From: Siniperca chuatsi
Lineage: Eukaryota
Assembly (NCBI RefSeq): GCF_020085105.1
Contig: NC_058053.1
Coordinates: 24,477,196 to 24,541,195 of the forward strand
Direction: 5' to 3'
DNA length: 64,000 nucleotides
Below are positions 60,571 to 64,000 of this stretch, one piece after another (the stretch's first letter is position 1; the number at the start of each line of letters is the position of its first letter). Both the position numbers and the translations under genes were made by a program. The notes under the pieces are model-generated. The model saw only the letters and a list, made by a program, of their open reading frames with translations. It ran no database searches and was not told the DNA's origin.

Positions 60571-61379
60571 TTAAGCTACGGTAAATAAACTGATAGCTTC
60601 TTCTTTATTGGACTCTCCAGTGTGTCCCACCCCTTATAGGTCAGCCCAGTGAGCAGCGAGTGCTATTCATCATGAGACTGGGCCCTATTAAGCCCATATA
60701 GACAGCACTGATGTGCTGTTAATATCAAATACCAAGGTCAACCAGCGAGCACCAGCAATTCCTTACTGACTTAAAACTACAGTATATTGTTTATAATAAC
60801 AATGAGAGCTGAAGTGAAAAGAAATACATTTTACCAAAGTGCATTATATGGTCAGCAAATGGGAATTCAACAAAACCACATTAAACATTTGTTATTTTCA
60901 GCAACTAAACCTCAAAGAGGAGTCCTTTCCTTTTATATATCAGCCTTTTCACCCAGCAGAACCTCTCAGACTGATGAGATGCACAAGAGATACATAGAGA
61001 GTGGTGTTCAGCATTCAATGGTCTTTCCCTCTTCATATGCTTTAAAAAGAAAGCGCTAAAAGAAGAAATGCTCTTCACCCATTCACGCCACCCTCACCTA
61101 CAGAGCATACCTCCTTTAAACAGCCCTCCTACATACTTCAACGAAAAAACCTTTTTACCCTGCGGCGATGGATGTGTATCTGCTATGCAACTGCTTTTAG
61201 CACCAAAGCTTACATGGACAGCCGCAGGCATTTTTGTATGAGTTGCCTGCCTTCTGTCTTAACTTGTGTATCTGAAGTGACTTTAAAGTTAGACAAAGTG
61301 AAAAATAATTGATCAAATTTCACGTCATTCATAAGTGTTAGCTTAAAGTATGAACTATGATGTTCACCATAGCGTATAC

Positions 61380-62040
61380 GGAGCTTCTGATTAGCCCAAA
61401 TTCTGACTGAACATACTCACCATGACAATGCTAACATGCTGATGCTAAGCGGGTATAATGTTTACCATGTTCACCATTTTAGATTAGTGTGTTAACATGC
61501 TAACATTTCCTAATTAGCACTAACCACAAAGTGTAGCTGAGGCTGATGGCAATGTCATGCAGGTGTTTGGTCATAAACCAAAGTACTGGACAAACTGAAA
61601 TTTTGACCTATACGACATCCCTGCCTCGTTGCTATATGACAAGGCAGGGGGTCACCAAAGTGAATATATTTCATCCTGCGGTGGACATGAAAGTGTGTAT
61701 CAAATGTCATGGCAATCTGTTAGTTGTTGAGACATTTCACTTTATAAACCACAAATGTGAACTTCATGGTGGTCCTAGAAAAAAAGTCAGGACCAAAGTC
61801 AGTAGGATACATCATCTGGGAACCATGAATGCCTGGACTAAATTTTGTGCCAATTCATCCCGTAGATGTTTAGATACAGTATTTCATTGGATAAGTGAAA
61901 AGTTTGACCTGCTGGTGACGCTTGAGGGAAAGTCAGGAGCTCATCAGAGTCATTAGGATTCATCCCCTCGGCACCATGGAGCTCTGTACCAAATTTTAAT
62001 GGCCATCCATCTAGTATATATCGAGACGTTTCACATTGAC
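61380..62040 (+). mobile_element. Copy 2 of the 52700-53530 repeat family
   Basis: Shared motif blocks. Confidence 0.5.
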
Positions 62041-62339
62041 ATTAGCCTGGCTAAAAATATAAACCTTTTAATATTTTCACAATCCATTTAGATAACAAAA
62101 TAAACTGTATTCTTTATTTATGTATTTGATTATACTTTTGATTCATCAGTGTAATTTGTTACTCTCAGGCACTGTAAGGCATTGTTATCCAAATTTTCTC
62201 TGCATTAAATGAACAAAAAGATGTGTCAGAGGGGATATACATTATTTTTTTTGGTACCAAATACACAATGCATATGAATGAAACCGTTGCAAATTCTGTG
62301 TTGTCTCTTCAAAGTGAATAGAAGATCATCGGCTGCTCA

Positions 62340-62900
62340 CTGCCCTTAGAGGACTTATTCAGCCTTTGCTGCCTCAGTAGAGCAGCCAACATACTGAAAG
62401 ACCCATCCCACCCTGGACACCATCTGTTTGACCTGCTGCCCCCTGGTAGACGCTTCAGGTCCATCAAATCATGGACAAACAGACTCAAGAACAGCTTCTA
62501 CCCCAGAGCCATAAGAGGAATGAACCCTGCCAAACACTGGCACTGACTGGGACCCGCGTGACTATCAGCACCACAATACTTACAGTTACATTTATATAAC
62601 ACTGCGCAGTTGTCTACATCCCAACTGCACCTTTGCATGTATATTCCTTACCACACTACTTGTACATAGGGCCACTGCAATTCAGCAAATGTACTATATC
62701 CAGAAGTGCAATATCTCAGCTATCTTATTGTTTTATAGGTTATAGCAAACACATATATTTTATTTATAATATATTTTAATTTCTCTATTTTGAATTGCTG
62801 TTTGATATGTGTGAATGCTCAACCAGGATTGCGACTCAGTTTCATTGTACTCAATGACAATAAAGTAATTCTATTCTCTTCTATTCTATATGAGGCTAAA
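62340..62900 (+). mobile_element. Non-LTR retrotransposon 3' end (ORF2 tail ...KDPSHPGHHLFDLLPPGRRFRSIKSWTNRLKNSFYPRAIRGMN..., 'caataaagtaattctattctcttctattct' tail); copy 4
   Basis: Hand translation. Same subfamily as 13330-14395. Confidence 0.65.
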
Positions 62901-64000
62901 TTCCCTGACTAAAGGCTATCAGTTTTGCAAGTGTTACAAACTGATTTGGGAGCAGTAGACCCCCAGGGTCTCTGTGTGCAGACGCTATTATGACTGTAAC
63001 TTTGATTTGCCTTTTATAGTAAGTATTACCGACAAATCCCAGGTAAATCTCTCTACAGAGGAATTCGTCCAGTTGATTCCTTTTAATTCTTTTACAAAGG
63101 TTTGAGACAAATTGAATAAAGTATGACTAAACCTTGCAGTTTCCAGTGGGATTTTACCTCCAAAGCTTCTTTTCAGCAGAAGCAATGTGAGGTAGAATAA
63201 AGACAGTGAAATGCACTTTGATAGTGTTCTTCCGGGCTCATGAAAGGTACACTGTAAAACATTTCAAGCTGGTTCACCTTTGAGACATGAGTTCCCCCGC
63301 TGCCTTTAAACAAGAGTAAACTCAACTTGAAGGTAACCTTTTTTCCAACTCAAAAAATAAAGTAGAAAAAGTGCAGTTCCAGTCATGCTCTGTTTACAGT
63401 TGGCAGTTTGTTTACTTCGATTCTCATGGTTTTGATTTTTCTGTCCACTTGTACCTGATCTTTTGTCTTTTTTATTTTTTCAGATCAGACAATTTTAAGT
63501 CTTTCCCTTTTCAGCAATTCTCTAAAGGAGGCGGTTTGCCTGCTCTGTTTCTTTCTGTACTGTCATTGATTCTGTTTTAAACCATCCTGCTCATTCTGGT
63601 TACATCCTTATTTTTCGTAATTCAGTGACTTTCCGTTATGCGGAAACTGGAAGCAACTCTGGTAGAGAGAATCTAAGCTCAAAGGTCCACTTACTACATG
63701 TAGCAGCCAGAGCTTTCAAGAAAGACTGTCCTCACAAGACAAAAACAGCATTTGTTATTTGTTCAAAAGCATGTATGAACTATTTTCAGTAAGCGATTTG
63801 TTAATTTTTAACAGGGGGGGTGGCTCTATGGAAGAATTCACTAAATACATTAGAGCTTTATTCTGTGAAAATGATTGGCACATTCAACATGAAAAATGGT
63901 CTGCTATTAGCAGAAATAAGAGATACTACCATTTATAGACATAGTTCACAGTTAGAGTGAGACAGGCTAGGAGCTCAATGCTACTTGCATTTGATAATTA

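Overview
This window is vertebrate (teleost-like) nuclear DNA, not prokaryotic. It is AT-rich and CpG-depleted, has spliced multi-exon genes (GT-AG introns, AATAAA signal), many microsatellites and LINE/SINE/DNA-transposon debris. There are two protein-coding loci.

- **C-type lectin receptor cluster (about 6.6-18 kb).** Two convergent, apparently intact Gal-type (QPD) type-II receptor genes, related to CLEC10A/ASGR/CD209. Gene A is on + at 6616-10162 and gene B on - at 14679-17968. Both encode a cytoplasmic tail starting MEEIYVNVE with a YxxV motif, a transmembrane exon, a coiled-coil neck and a 3-exon CTLD. A truncated third paralog lies between them (exon-1-like plus a 3'-truncated TM-exon-like copy).
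- **PARP4 (vault poly(ADP-ribose) polymerase) ortholog** on the minus strand, about 20739-43009. I resolved at least 31 coding exons: BRCT, PARP catalytic, VIT, vWA, and the C-terminal MVP-interaction region with its large proline-rich exon at 23858-24813.
- **Repeats.** Four 3'-end copies of a teleost non-LTR retrotransposon with a hexamer-repeat tail, one 5'-truncated reverse transcriptase fragment just upstream of PARP4, several unclassified interspersed families, and (CA)n, (CT)n, (GA)n, (AT)n, (ATT)n arrays.
- **Anomalies.** The first ~1.8 kb is compositionally alien (homopolymer-depleted, CpG-rich, repeat-free) and is followed by a 0.5 kb very GC-rich segment. A CCAAT-box-rich promoter-like module is tandemly duplicated at 2.9-4.3 kb. 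A roughly 80 bp near-perfect palindrome sits at 45.2 kb.

All coordinates were derived by eye and splice sites should be taken as +/-3 nt. No CRISPR arrays, rRNA or confident tRNA genes were found.
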